From a virus (taxonomy: Duplodnaviria; Heunggongvirae; Uroviricota; Caudoviricetes): a stretch of 9,544 nucleotides of DNA. The translations under genes and the position numbers were made by a program. Location: IMG/VR virus record IMGVR_UViG_2684622619_000007. The stretch is one strand, 5' to 3'. Of the stretch, positions 1 through 9,544 are shown piece by piece (positions within the stretch are counted from its first letter, which is position 1; each line of letters opens with the position of its first letter). The notes beneath the pieces are model-generated. The model ran no database searches, had not been told where the DNA came from, and saw only the letters and a program-made list of their open reading frames with translations.

Positions 1-114
1 ATGATCTGGCAGCCTGAGTTCACAGATAAAACACTCTCCAGGAAACCCGGGGCGGTTCAAACTATGTCCGCAGCCCTGACAGGGAAACTCCTCTGCGGGA
101 GTGTCCGGGAATAA
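1..114 (+). CDS. Possible 3' end of a gene entering from the left edge (partial; reads MIWQPEFTDKTLSRKPGAVQTMSAALTGKLLCGSVRE then stop)
   Basis: Frame 1 is open from the window edge to TAA at 112-114. Composition is ordinary, unlike the AT-rich block downstream. No start context can be judged because the 5' part is outside the window. Not in the ORF track. Confidence 0.25.
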   Translation: MIWQPEFTDKTLSRKPGAVQTMSAALTGKLLCGSVRE

Positions 115-205
115 TTAATAACGATGCACACAGGGTTTAGCGCGTACACGTATTGCATTATGCCAACGCCCCGGTGCTGACACGGAAGAAACCGGACGTG
201 ATGAT

Positions 206-739
206 TTAGCGTGGAAAGATTTGTGTAGTGTTCTGAATGCTCTCAGTAAATAGTAATGAATTATCAAAGGCATAGTAATATCTTTTATGTTCGTGGATAT
301 TTGTAACCCATCGGAAAACTCCTGCTTTAGCAAGATTTTCCCTGTATTGCTGAAATGTGATTTCTCTTGATTTCAACCTATCATAGGACGTTTCTATAAG
401 ATGCGTATTTCTTGAGAATTTAACATTCACAACCTTTTTAAGTCCTTTTATTAACACAGTGTTATCGTTTTCTAACACAATGTGAATATTATCTGTGGCT
501 AGATAGTAAATATAATGTGAGACATTGTGACGTTTTAGTTCAGAATAAAACAATTCACAGTTTAAATCTTTTCGCACTTGATCGAATATTTCTTTAAAAA
601 TGGCAACCTGAGCCATTGGTAAAACCTTCCATGTGATACGAGGGCGCGTAGTTTGCATTATCGTTTTTATCGTTTCAATCTGGTCTGACCTCTTTGTGTT
701 TTGTTGATGATTTATGTCAAATATTAGGAATGTTTTCAA
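206..739 (-). CDS. Hypothetical protein, 177 aa, AT-rich right-arm accessory ORF of unknown function
   Basis: 534-nt ORF on the minus strand. The track's start is a TTG at 737-739 with no obvious Shine-Dalgarno; an AAAGAGGT motif lies further in, 8 nt before an in-frame ATT and about 30 nt before the first in-frame ATG (MQTTRPR...), so the true start is uncertain. I do not recognise a domain. Confidence 0.55.
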   Translation of the reverse strand: MKTFLIFDINHQQNTKRSDQIETIKTIMQTTRPRITWKVLPMAQVAIFKEIFDQVRKDLNCELFYSELKRHNVSHYIYYLATDNIHIVLENDNTVLIKGLKKVVNVKFSRNTHLIETSYDRLKSREITFQQYRENLAKAGVFRWVTNIHEHKRYYYAFDNSLLFTESIQNTTQIFPR

Positions 740-901
740 TTAATAGTATTGGTTGCGTAACAAAGTGCGGTCCTGCTGGCATTCTGGAGGGAAATACAAC
801 CGACAGATGTATGTAAGGCCAACGTGCTCAAATCTTCATACAGAAAGATTTGAAGTAATATTTTAACCGCTAGATGAAGAGCAAGCGCATGGAGCGACAA
901 A

Positions 902-1108
902 ATGAATAAAGAACAATCTGCTGATGATCCCTCCGTGGATCTGATTCGTGTAAAAAATATGCTTAATAGCACCATTTCTATGAGTTACCCTGATGTTGTA
1001 ATTGCATGTATAGAACATAAGGTGTCTCTGGAAGCATTCAGGGCAATTGAGGCAGCGTTGGTGAAGCACGATAATAATATGAAGGATTATTCCCTGGTGG
1101 TTGACTGA
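902..1108 (+). CDS. Small hypothetical protein, 68 aa, divergent from the 177-aa ORF
   Basis: ATG at 902 preceded by GGAG at 891-894 (7-nt spacer). The protein has a balanced, charged composition, whereas the overlapping minus-strand alternatives (736-975, 863-1069) are Cys-rich and implausible. Confidence 0.5.
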
Positions 1109-1272
1109 TCACCATAACTGCTAATCATTCAAACTACTTAACCTGTGACAGAGCCAACACGCAGTCTGTCACTGTCAGGAAAGTGGTAAAACTGCAACTC
1201 AATTACTGCAATGCCCTCGTAATTAAGTGAATTTACAATATCGTCCTGTTCGGAGGGAAGAACGCGGGATGT

Positions 1273-1567
1273 TCATTCTTCATCACTTTTAATTGATGTA
1301 TATGCTCTCTTTTCTGACGTTAGCCTCCGACGGCAGGCTTCAATGACCCAGGCTGAGAAATTTCCGGACCCTTTTTGATCAAGAGCGATGTTAATTTGTT
1401 CAATCATTTGGTTAGGAAAGCGGATGTTGCGGGTTGTNNNNNNNNNNNNNNNNNNNNNNNNNNNNNNNNNNNNNNNNNNNNNNNNNNATGTTAATTTGTT
1501 CAATCATCTGGTTTGGAAATCGGATGTTGCGGGTTGTTGTTCTGCGGGTTCTGTTCTTTGATGACAT
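1273..1567 (-). CDS. Small ribbon-helix-helix (Arc/CopG-like) DNA-binding protein, interrupted by an assembly gap; about 64 aa if the gap and duplicated flank are removed
   Basis: Minus-strand ATG at 1565-1567 reads MSSKNRTRRTTTRNIRFPNQMIEQIN, runs into the N-run, and resumes in frame to TGA at 1273-1275 (...IALDQKGSGNFSAWVIEACRRRLTSEKRAYTSIKSDEE). The N-I-R-F-P ... G-S-G-N-F-S-A-W-V-I-E-A pattern resembles the beta-strand/helix-turn-helix-pair signature of P22 Arc (NLRWPREVLDLVRKVAEENGRSVNSEIYQRV). Confidence 0.55.
1388..1537. repeat. Imperfect 50-bp direct repeat (1388-1437 and 1488-1537; 47/50 identical) flanking a run of 50 N
   Basis: Copy 1: atgttaatttgttcaatcatTtggttAggaaaGcggatgttgcgggttgt. 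Copy 2 is identical except C, T, T at the capitalised positions. The N-run separates them exactly. Confidence 0.9.
1438..1487. other. Run of 50 N: assembly or scaffold gap
   Basis: Fifty consecutive n characters in the sequence. Confidence 0.98.
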
Positions 1568-1766
1568 AATGTTGCCCCATATTCAGTGTTGCTGATTTGT
1601 ATTATCTGAAGTTGCTTTTACGTTAATTTGATGCAGATCAATTAATACGATACCTGCGTCATAATTGATTATTTGACGTGGTTTGATGGCGTAGATGCAC
1701 GTTGTGACATGTAGATGATAATTATTATCATTTTGCGGGTCCTTTCCGGCGATCCGACCGGTTACG

Positions 1767-1778
1767 GGGCGGCGACCT
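1767..1778 (+). other. cosN: cosN cohesive-end sequence (12-nt GGGCGGCGACCT), found in the joined state
   Basis: GGGCGGCGACCT is preceded by ...gatccgaccggttacg and followed by cgcgggttttcgctatttatgaaaattttccgg, which matches the lambda right-end/left-end junction as I recall it. A GATAAT-T-ATTATC palindrome sits at 1717-1729, where the lambda cosQ region would be. Confidence 0.9.
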
Positions 1779-1817
1779 CGCGGGTTTTCGCTATTTATGA
1801 AAATTTTCCGGGGAAAA

Positions 1818-1829
1818 TCATGTCGGTAC
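1818..1829 (+). promoter_or_regulatory. cosB repeat 1 (R3-like position): TCATGTCGGTAC, candidate small-terminase binding site
   Basis: First of three copies of a TCATGTCGG(A/T) motif between cosN and nu1. It lies 52-63 nt from the cos left end, comparable to lambda R3. Confidence 0.55.
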
Positions 1830-1875
1830 TTCTCGAACATAACTATTTGTTTTTTCTAATATCGAATCCGTAAAG

Positions 1876-1886
1876 GTCCGACATGA
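1876..1886 (-). promoter_or_regulatory. cosB repeat 2 (R2-like position, inverted): reverse complement is TCATGTCGGAC
   Basis: GTCCGACATGA on the + strand. Its inverted orientation relative to repeats 1 and 3 mirrors the lambda R3/R2/R1 arrangement. Confidence 0.55.
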
Positions 1887-1917
1887 AAACGCCTGAAAAA
1901 GTCATTTTCGGGCACTT

Positions 1918-1928
1918 TCATGTCGGAC
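1918..1928 (+). promoter_or_regulatory. cosB repeat 3 (R1-like position): TCATGTCGGAC
   Basis: Third copy of the motif, 26 nt upstream of the nu1 ATG. Confidence 0.55.
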
Positions 1929-1953
1929 CCTGTATTTGTTGTGAGACTGTTTC

Positions 1954-2473
1954 ATGAAGGTTAATAAAAAGAAACTTGCCGAAATTTTCAACGTGGATCC
2001 GCGAACGATTGAACGCTGGCAGTCTCAGGGGCTCCCTTGCGTCTCCGGAGGTGGTAAGGGCGTTGAATCTGTATTTGATACCGCCACGGCAATTCAGTGG
2101 TATGCGCAGAGGGAAGCTGATATCGAAAATGAAAAACTCCGTAAAGAGGTTGAGGATTACAGGGCTGCCAGCGAGGCAGATCTCCAGCCTGGGACTATTG
2201 AGTACGAACGCCATCGACTTACGCGTGCGCAGGCTGACGCCCAGGAGCTGAAGAATGCCAGAGACTCCGCAGAAGTGGTGGAAACCGCATTCTGTACTTT
2301 CGTGCTGTCACGGATCGCAGGTGAAATTGCCAGTATTCTTGACGGGATCCCTCTCTCAGTACAGCGGCGTTTTCCGGAACTGGAAAACCGACATGTTGAT
2401 TTCCTGAAACGGGATATTATCAAAGCCATGAACAAAGCAGCCGCGCTGGATGAACTGATACCGGGGTTGCTGA

Positions 2474-2499
<26 letters not shown>
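1954..2499 (+). CDS. nu1: Terminase small subunit (Nu1-like), 181 aa, mosaic: N-terminal third differs from lambda Nu1, remainder lambda-like
   Basis: ATG at 1954, TGA at 2497-2499. The C-terminal two thirds ([54 protein letters not shown]...LSEYIEQS) match lambda Nu1 as I recall it. The N-terminal region ([41 protein letters not shown]...) is related but clearly different; the GGGKG motif is retained. First gene after cos, 3' end overlaps A. Confidence 0.93.
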
Positions 2500-6180
<3,681 letters not shown>

Positions 6181-6200
<20 letters not shown>

Positions 6201-7500
6201 TCTCCCGCATATTGCCAGCATGGCTTTTAATGAGCCGCTGATGCTTGAACCCGCCTATGCGCGGGTTTTCTTTTGTGCGCTTGCAGGCCAGCTTGGGATC
6301 AGCCGCCTGACGGATGCAGTATCCGGCGACAGCCTGACTGCCGGAGAGGCACCCGCGGCGCTGGCGTTATCCGGTGATGATGACGGACCACGACAGGCCC
6401 GGAGTTATCAGGTCATGAACGGCATCGCCGTGCTGCCGGTGTCCGGTACGCTGGTCAGCCGGACGCGGGCGCTGCAGCCGTATTCGGGAATGACCGGTTA
6501 CAACGGCATTATCGCCCGTCTGCAACAGGCTGCCAGCGATCCGATGGTGGACGGCATTCTGCTCGATATGGACACACCGGGCGGGATGGTGGCGGGAGCA
6601 TTTGACTGTGCTGACATCATCGCCCGTGTGCGAGACATAAAACCGGTATGGGCGCTGGCCAACGACATGAACTGCAGTGCAGGTCAGCTGCTTGCCAGCG
6701 CCGCCTCCCGGCGTCTGGTCACGCAGACCGCCCGGACAGGCTCCATCGGCGTCATGATGGCTCACAGTAATTACGGTGCTGCCCTGGAGAAACAGGGCGT
6801 GGAAATCACGCTGATTTACAGCGGCAGCCATAAGGTGGATGGCAACCCCTACAGCCATCTACCGGGTGATGTCCGGGAAACACTGCAGTCCCGGATGGAT
6901 GCAACCCGCCGGATGTTTGCGCAGAAGGTGTCGGCATATACCGGCCTGTCCGTGCAGGCTGTGCTGGATACCGAGGCTGCAGTGTACAGCGGTCAGGAGG
7001 CCATTGATGCCGGACTGGCTGATGAACTTGTCAACAGCACCGATGCGATCACCGTTATGCGTGATGCACTGGATGCACGTAAATCCCGTCTCTCAGGAGG
7101 GCGAATGACCAAAGAGACTCAATCAACAACTGTTTCAGCCACTGCTTCGCAGGCTGACGTTACTGGCGTGGTGCCAGCGACGGAGGGCGAAAACGCCAGC
7201 GCGGCGCAGCCGGACGTGAACGCGCAGATCACCGCTGCGGTTGCGGCAGAAAACAGCCGCATTATGGGGATCCTCAACTGTGAGGAGGCTCACGGACGCG
7301 AAGAACAGGCCCGCGTGCTGGCAGAAACCCCCGGTATGACCGTGGAAACGGCCCGCCGCATTCTGGCCGCAGCACCACAGAGTGCACAGGCGCGCAGTGA
7401 TACTGCGCTGGATCGTCTGATGCAGGGGGCACCGGCACCGCTGGCTGCAGGTAACCCGGCATCTGATGCCGTTAACGATTTGCTGAACACACCAGTGTAA
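6181..7500 (+). CDS. C: Head maturation protease / minor capsid protein gpC (S49-type serine peptidase family), 439 aa
   Basis: GTG at 6181 preceded by GGAGG at 6170-6174 (6-nt spacer), overlapping the B 3' end by 20 nt. Begins (V/M)TAELRNLPHIASMAFNEPLMLEPAYARVFF, matching the lambda gpC N-terminus as I recall it. The track's longer ORF from 6046 is only an upstream in-frame extension. Confidence 0.93.
6895..7500 (+). CDS. nu3: Scaffolding protein Nu3, nested in frame within the 3' third of C (about 201 aa)
   Basis: In lambda, nu3 is translated from an internal in-frame start in C and shares its stop. The in-frame ATG at 6895 (MDATRRMFAQKVSAY...) is at the expected distance from the C start. 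No strong Shine-Dalgarno is visible, so the exact start is uncertain. Confidence 0.6.
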   Translation: MDATRRMFAQKVSAYTGLSVQAVLDTEAAVYSGQEAIDAGLADELVNSTDAITVMRDALDARKSRLSGGRMTKETQSTTVSATASQADVTGVVPATEGENASAAQPDVNAQITAAVAAENSRIMGILNCEEAHGREEQARVLAETPGMTVETARRILAAAPQSAQARSDTALDRLMQGAPAPLAAGNPASDAVNDLLNTPV

Positions 7501-7509
7501 GGGATGTTT

Positions 7510-7842
7510 ATGACGAGCAAAGAAACCTTTACCCATTACCAGCCGCTGGGCAACAGTGACCCGGCTCATACCGCAACCGCGCCCGGCGGATTGAGTGCGA
7601 AAGCGCCTGCAATGACCCCGCTGATGCTGGACACCTCCAGCCGTAAGCTGGTTGCGTGGGATGGCACCACCGACGGTGCTGCCGTTGGCATTCTTGCGGT
7701 TGCTGCTGACCAGACCAGCACCACGCTGACGTTCTACAAGTCCGGCACGTTCCGTTATGAGGATGTGCTCTGGCCGGAGGCTGCCAGCGACGAGACGAAA
7801 AAACGGACCGCGTTTGCCGGAACGGCAATCAGCATCGTTTAA
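7510..7842 (+). CDS. D: Head decoration protein gpD, 110 aa
   Basis: ATG at 7510 preceded by AAGGGA (5-nt spacer). [27 protein letters not shown]... matches lambda gpD as I recall it. The ATG at 7504 used by the track would add two residues and overlaps the Shine-Dalgarno. Confidence 0.95.
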   Translation: MTSKETFTHYQPLGNSDPAHTATAPGGLSAKAPAMTPLMLDTSSRKLVAWDGTTDGAAVGILAVAADQTSTTLTFYKSGTFRYEDVLWPEAASDETKKRTAFAGTAISIV

Positions 7843-7860
7843 CCTGACCCTTCATCACTA

Positions 7861-7884
7861 AAGGCCGCCTGTGCGGCTTTTTTT
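7861..7884 (+). terminator. Terminator-like hairpin in the D-E intergenic region: 8-bp stem (one G-U pair), CUGU loop, then a T-run
   Basis: aaggccgc-ctgt-gcggcttt followed by tttt at 7881-7884, then acgggattttttt and the E start. Located inside the late operon. Confidence 0.4.
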
Positions 7885-7897
7885 ACGGGATTTTTTT

Positions 7898-8923
7898 ATG
7901 TCGATGTACACAACCGCCCAACTGCTGGCGGCAAATGAGCAGAAATTTAAGTTTGATCCGCTGTTTCTGCGTCTCTTTTTCCGTGAGAGCTATCCCTTCA
8001 CCACGGAGAAAGTCTATCTCTCACAAATTCCGGGACTGGTAAACATGGCGCTGTACGTTTCGCCGATTGTTTCTGGTGAGGTTATCCGTTCCCGTGGCGG
8101 CTCCACCTCTGAATTTACGCCGGGATATGTCAAGCCGAAGCATGAAGTGAATCCGCAGATGACCCTGCGTCGCCTGCCGGATGAAGATCCGCAGAATCTG
8201 GCGGACCCGGCTTACCGCCGCCGTCGCATCATCATGCAGAACATGCGTGACGAAGAGCTGGCCATTGCTCAGGTCGAAGAGATGCAGGCAGTTTCTGCCG
8301 TGCTCAAGGGCAAATACACCATGACCGGTGAAGCCTTCGATCCGGTTGAGGTGGATATGGGCCGCAGTGCGGCGAACAACATCACGCAGTCCGGCGGCAC
8401 GGAGTGGAGCAAGCGTGACAAGTCCACGTATGACCCGACCGACGATATCGAAGCCTACGCGCTGAACGCCAGCGGCGTGGTGAATATCATCGTGTTTGAC
8501 CCGAAAGGCTGGGCGCTGTTCCGTTCCTTCAAAGCCGTCAGGGAGAAGCTGGATACCCGTCGCGGCTCTCATTCCGAACTGGAGACAGCGGTAAAAGACC
8601 TGGGCAAAGCGGTGTCTTATAAGGGAATGTATGGCGATGTGGCCATCGTCGTGTATTCCGGACAGTACGTGGAAAACGGCGTCAAAAAGAACTTCCTGCC
8701 GGACAACACGATGGTGCTGGGGAACACTCAGGCACGCGGTCTGCGCACCTATGGCTGCATTCAGGATGCGGACGCACAGCGCGAAGGCATTAACGCCTCT
8801 GCCCGTTACCCGAAAAACTGGGTGACCACCGGCGATCCGGCGCGTGAGTTCACCATGATTCAGTCAGCACCGCTGATGCTGCTGGCTGACCCTGATGAGT
8901 TCGTGTCCGTACAACTGGCGTAA
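7898..8923 (+). CDS. E: Major capsid protein gpE, 341 aa
   Basis: ATG at 7898 (MSMYTTAQLLAANEQKFKFDPLFLRLFF...), 341 aa ending ...DEFVSVQLA, matching lambda gpE as I recall it. The track's GTG at 7871 is an upstream extension lying inside the hairpin. Confidence 0.97.
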   Translation: MSMYTTAQLLAANEQKFKFDPLFLRLFFRESYPFTTEKVYLSQIPGLVNMALYVSPIVSGEVIRSRGGSTSEFTPGYVKPKHEVNPQMTLRRLPDEDPQNLADPAYRRRRIIMQNMRDEELAIAQVEEMQAVSAVLKGKYTMTGEAFDPVEVDMGRSAANNITQSGGTEWSKRDKSTYDPTDDIEAYALNASGVVNIIVFDPKGWALFRSFKAVREKLDTRRGSHSELETAVKDLGKAVSYKGMYGDVAIVVYSGQYVENGVKKNFLPDNTMVLGNTQARGLRTYGCIQDADAQREGINASARYPKNWVTTGDPAREFTMIQSAPLMLLADPDEFVSVQLA

Positions 8924-8925
8924 TC

Positions 8926-8950
8926 ATGGCCCTTCGGGGCCATTGTTTTT
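8926..8950 (+). terminator. Hairpin with a UUCG tetraloop in the E-FI intergenic region: 7-bp stem plus a U-rich tail
   Basis: atggccc-ttcg-gggccat at 8926-8943, followed by tgttttt at 8944-8950, immediately after the E stop. Confidence 0.4.
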
Positions 8951-8964
8951 CTGTGGAGGAGTCC

Positions 8965-9363
8965 ATGACGAAAGATGAACTGATTGCCCGTCTCCGCTCG
9001 CTGGGTGAACAACTGAACCGTGATGTCAGCCTGACGGGGACGAAAGAAGAACTGGCGCTCCGTGTGGCAGAGCTGGAAGAGGAGCTTGATGACACGGATG
9101 AAACTGCCGGTCAGGACACCCCTCTCAGCCGGGAAAATGTGCTGACCGGACATGAAAATGAGGTGGGATCAGCGCAGCCGGATACCGTGATTCTGGATAC
9201 GTCTGAACTGGTCACGGTCGTGGCACTGGTGAAGCTGCATACTGATGCACTTCACGTCACGCGGGATGAACCTGTGGCATTTGTGCTGCCGGGAACGGCG
9301 TTTCGTGTCTCTGCCGGTGTGGCAGCCGAAATGACAGAGCGCGGCCTGGCCAGAATGCAATAA
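8965..9363 (+). CDS. FI: DNA-packaging / head assembly protein gpFI, 132 aa
   Basis: ATG at 8965 preceded by GGAGGAG. MTKDELIARLRSLGEQLNRDVSLTGTKEELALRVAEL... matches lambda gpFI as I recall it. TAA at 9361-9363. Confidence 0.93.
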   Translation: MTKDELIARLRSLGEQLNRDVSLTGTKEELALRVAELEEELDDTDETAGQDTPLSRENVLTGHENEVGSAQPDTVILDTSELVTVVALVKLHTDALHVTRDEPVAFVLPGTAFRVSAGVAAEMTERGLARMQ

Positions 9364-9374
9364 CGGGAGGCGCT

Positions 9375-9544
9375 GTGGCTGATTTCGATAACCTGTTCGA
9401 TGCTGCCATTGCCCGCGCCGATGAAACGATACGCGGGTACATGGGAACGTCAGCCACCATGACATCCGGTGAGCAGTCCGGCGCAGTAATACGTGGTGTT
9501 TTTGATGACCCTGAAAATATCAGCTATGCCGGACAGGGCGTGCG
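9375..9544 (+). CDS. FII: Head-tail connector protein gpFII (5' part only; truncated by the window end)
   Basis: GTG at 9375 preceded by GGGAGG at 9365-9370. Translation (V/M)ADFDNLFDAAIARADETIRGYMGTSATMTSGEQSGAVIRGVFDDPENISYAGQGV matches the lambda gpFII N-terminus as I recall it. Not in the ORF track because it has a GTG start and no stop. Confidence 0.85.
   Translation, partial: MADFDNLFDAAIARADETIRGYMGTSATMTSGEQSGAVIRGVFDDPENISYAGQGV

Noticed and set aside
115-1069. Overlapping ORFs 115-333 (-), 736-975 (-) and 863-1069 (-) in the accessory region
   Set aside because: 115-333 overlaps the 3' end of the 177-aa ORF in another frame. 736-975 and 863-1069 are antisense to the better-supported 68-aa ORF and span the intergenic promoter region; both are Cys-rich with no ribosome-binding site.
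1438-1487. N-run considered as a biological feature such as a masked repeat or insertion
   Set aside because: Exactly 50 Ns flanked by near-identical 50-bp sequence is the signature of a scaffolder gap between overlapping contig ends, not of biological sequence.
1583-1840. 85-aa minus-strand ORF spanning the cos site
   Set aside because: It runs across cosN and the first cosB repeat and through an AT-rich non-coding stretch, with no ribosome-binding site. A reading frame across the packaging site is implausible.
1918-2435. ORFs 1918-2214 (-), 1976-2251 (+) and 2157-2435 (-) overlapping nu1
   Set aside because: They are alternative-frame or antisense ORFs inside a clearly identified gene, and their products are Arg/Ser-rich and low-complexity.
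7504-7509. ATG at 7504 as the D start (track's MFM... version)
   Set aside because: That ATG overlaps the AAGGGA Shine-Dalgarno itself; the ATG at 7510 has proper spacing and gives the expected 110-aa product.
6367-7828. ORFs 6367-6858 (-), 6839-7108 (+), 7135-7569 (-), 7274-7462 (-), 7290-7520 (-), 7529-7828 (-) inside C and D
   Set aside because: Antisense or off-frame relative to recognised head genes, with His/Cys/Arg-rich products typical of spurious GC-rich frames.
7871-7897. GTG at 7871 as the E start
   Set aside because: It lies inside the intergenic hairpin and T-run, and it adds nine residues (MRLFLRDFF) absent from the recognised gpE N-terminus.
8926-8964. ATG at 8926 as the FI start
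   Set aside because: It is the first base of the hairpin stem directly after the E stop. The ATG at 8965 has a GGAGGAG ribosome-binding site and gives the expected 132-aa product.
8021-9465. Antisense ORFs in E, FI and FII (8021-8572 -, 8631-8825 +, 8850-9095 -, 8860-9153 -, 9169-9465 -, 9257-9460 -)
   Set aside because: They are embedded in strongly supported capsid-gene coding sequence on the opposite strand or in other frames, and their products are low-complexity.

Overview
This window is the cos-proximal DNA-packaging and head-morphogenesis module of a lambda-like (lambdoid) phage, most likely an integrated prophage or other joined form, because the cohesive-end site is closed and internal. 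Positions 1-1766 are the extreme right arm (an AT-rich accessory region with small ORFs of unknown function); cosN lies at 1767-1778; then follow, all on the + strand, cosB, nu1, A, W, B, C with nested nu3, D, E, FI and the start of FII. The protein identifications rest on my recollection of the lambda reference proteins and on reading the sequence; none was checked by database search. I do not see a convincing previously undescribed system. The observations most worth a second look are: (1) a mosaic Nu1 whose N-terminal DNA-binding third differs from lambda while the rest looks lambda-like, paired with three cosB repeats of a non-lambda motif; (2) a 50-N gap flanked by a 47/50 imperfect direct repeat that disrupts a small ribbon-helix-helix-like ORF next to cos; (3) an AT-rich divergent pair of unknown-function ORFs; (4) two terminator-like hairpins inside the late operon. 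No tRNA, rRNA, CRISPR array, IS element or integrase was seen.
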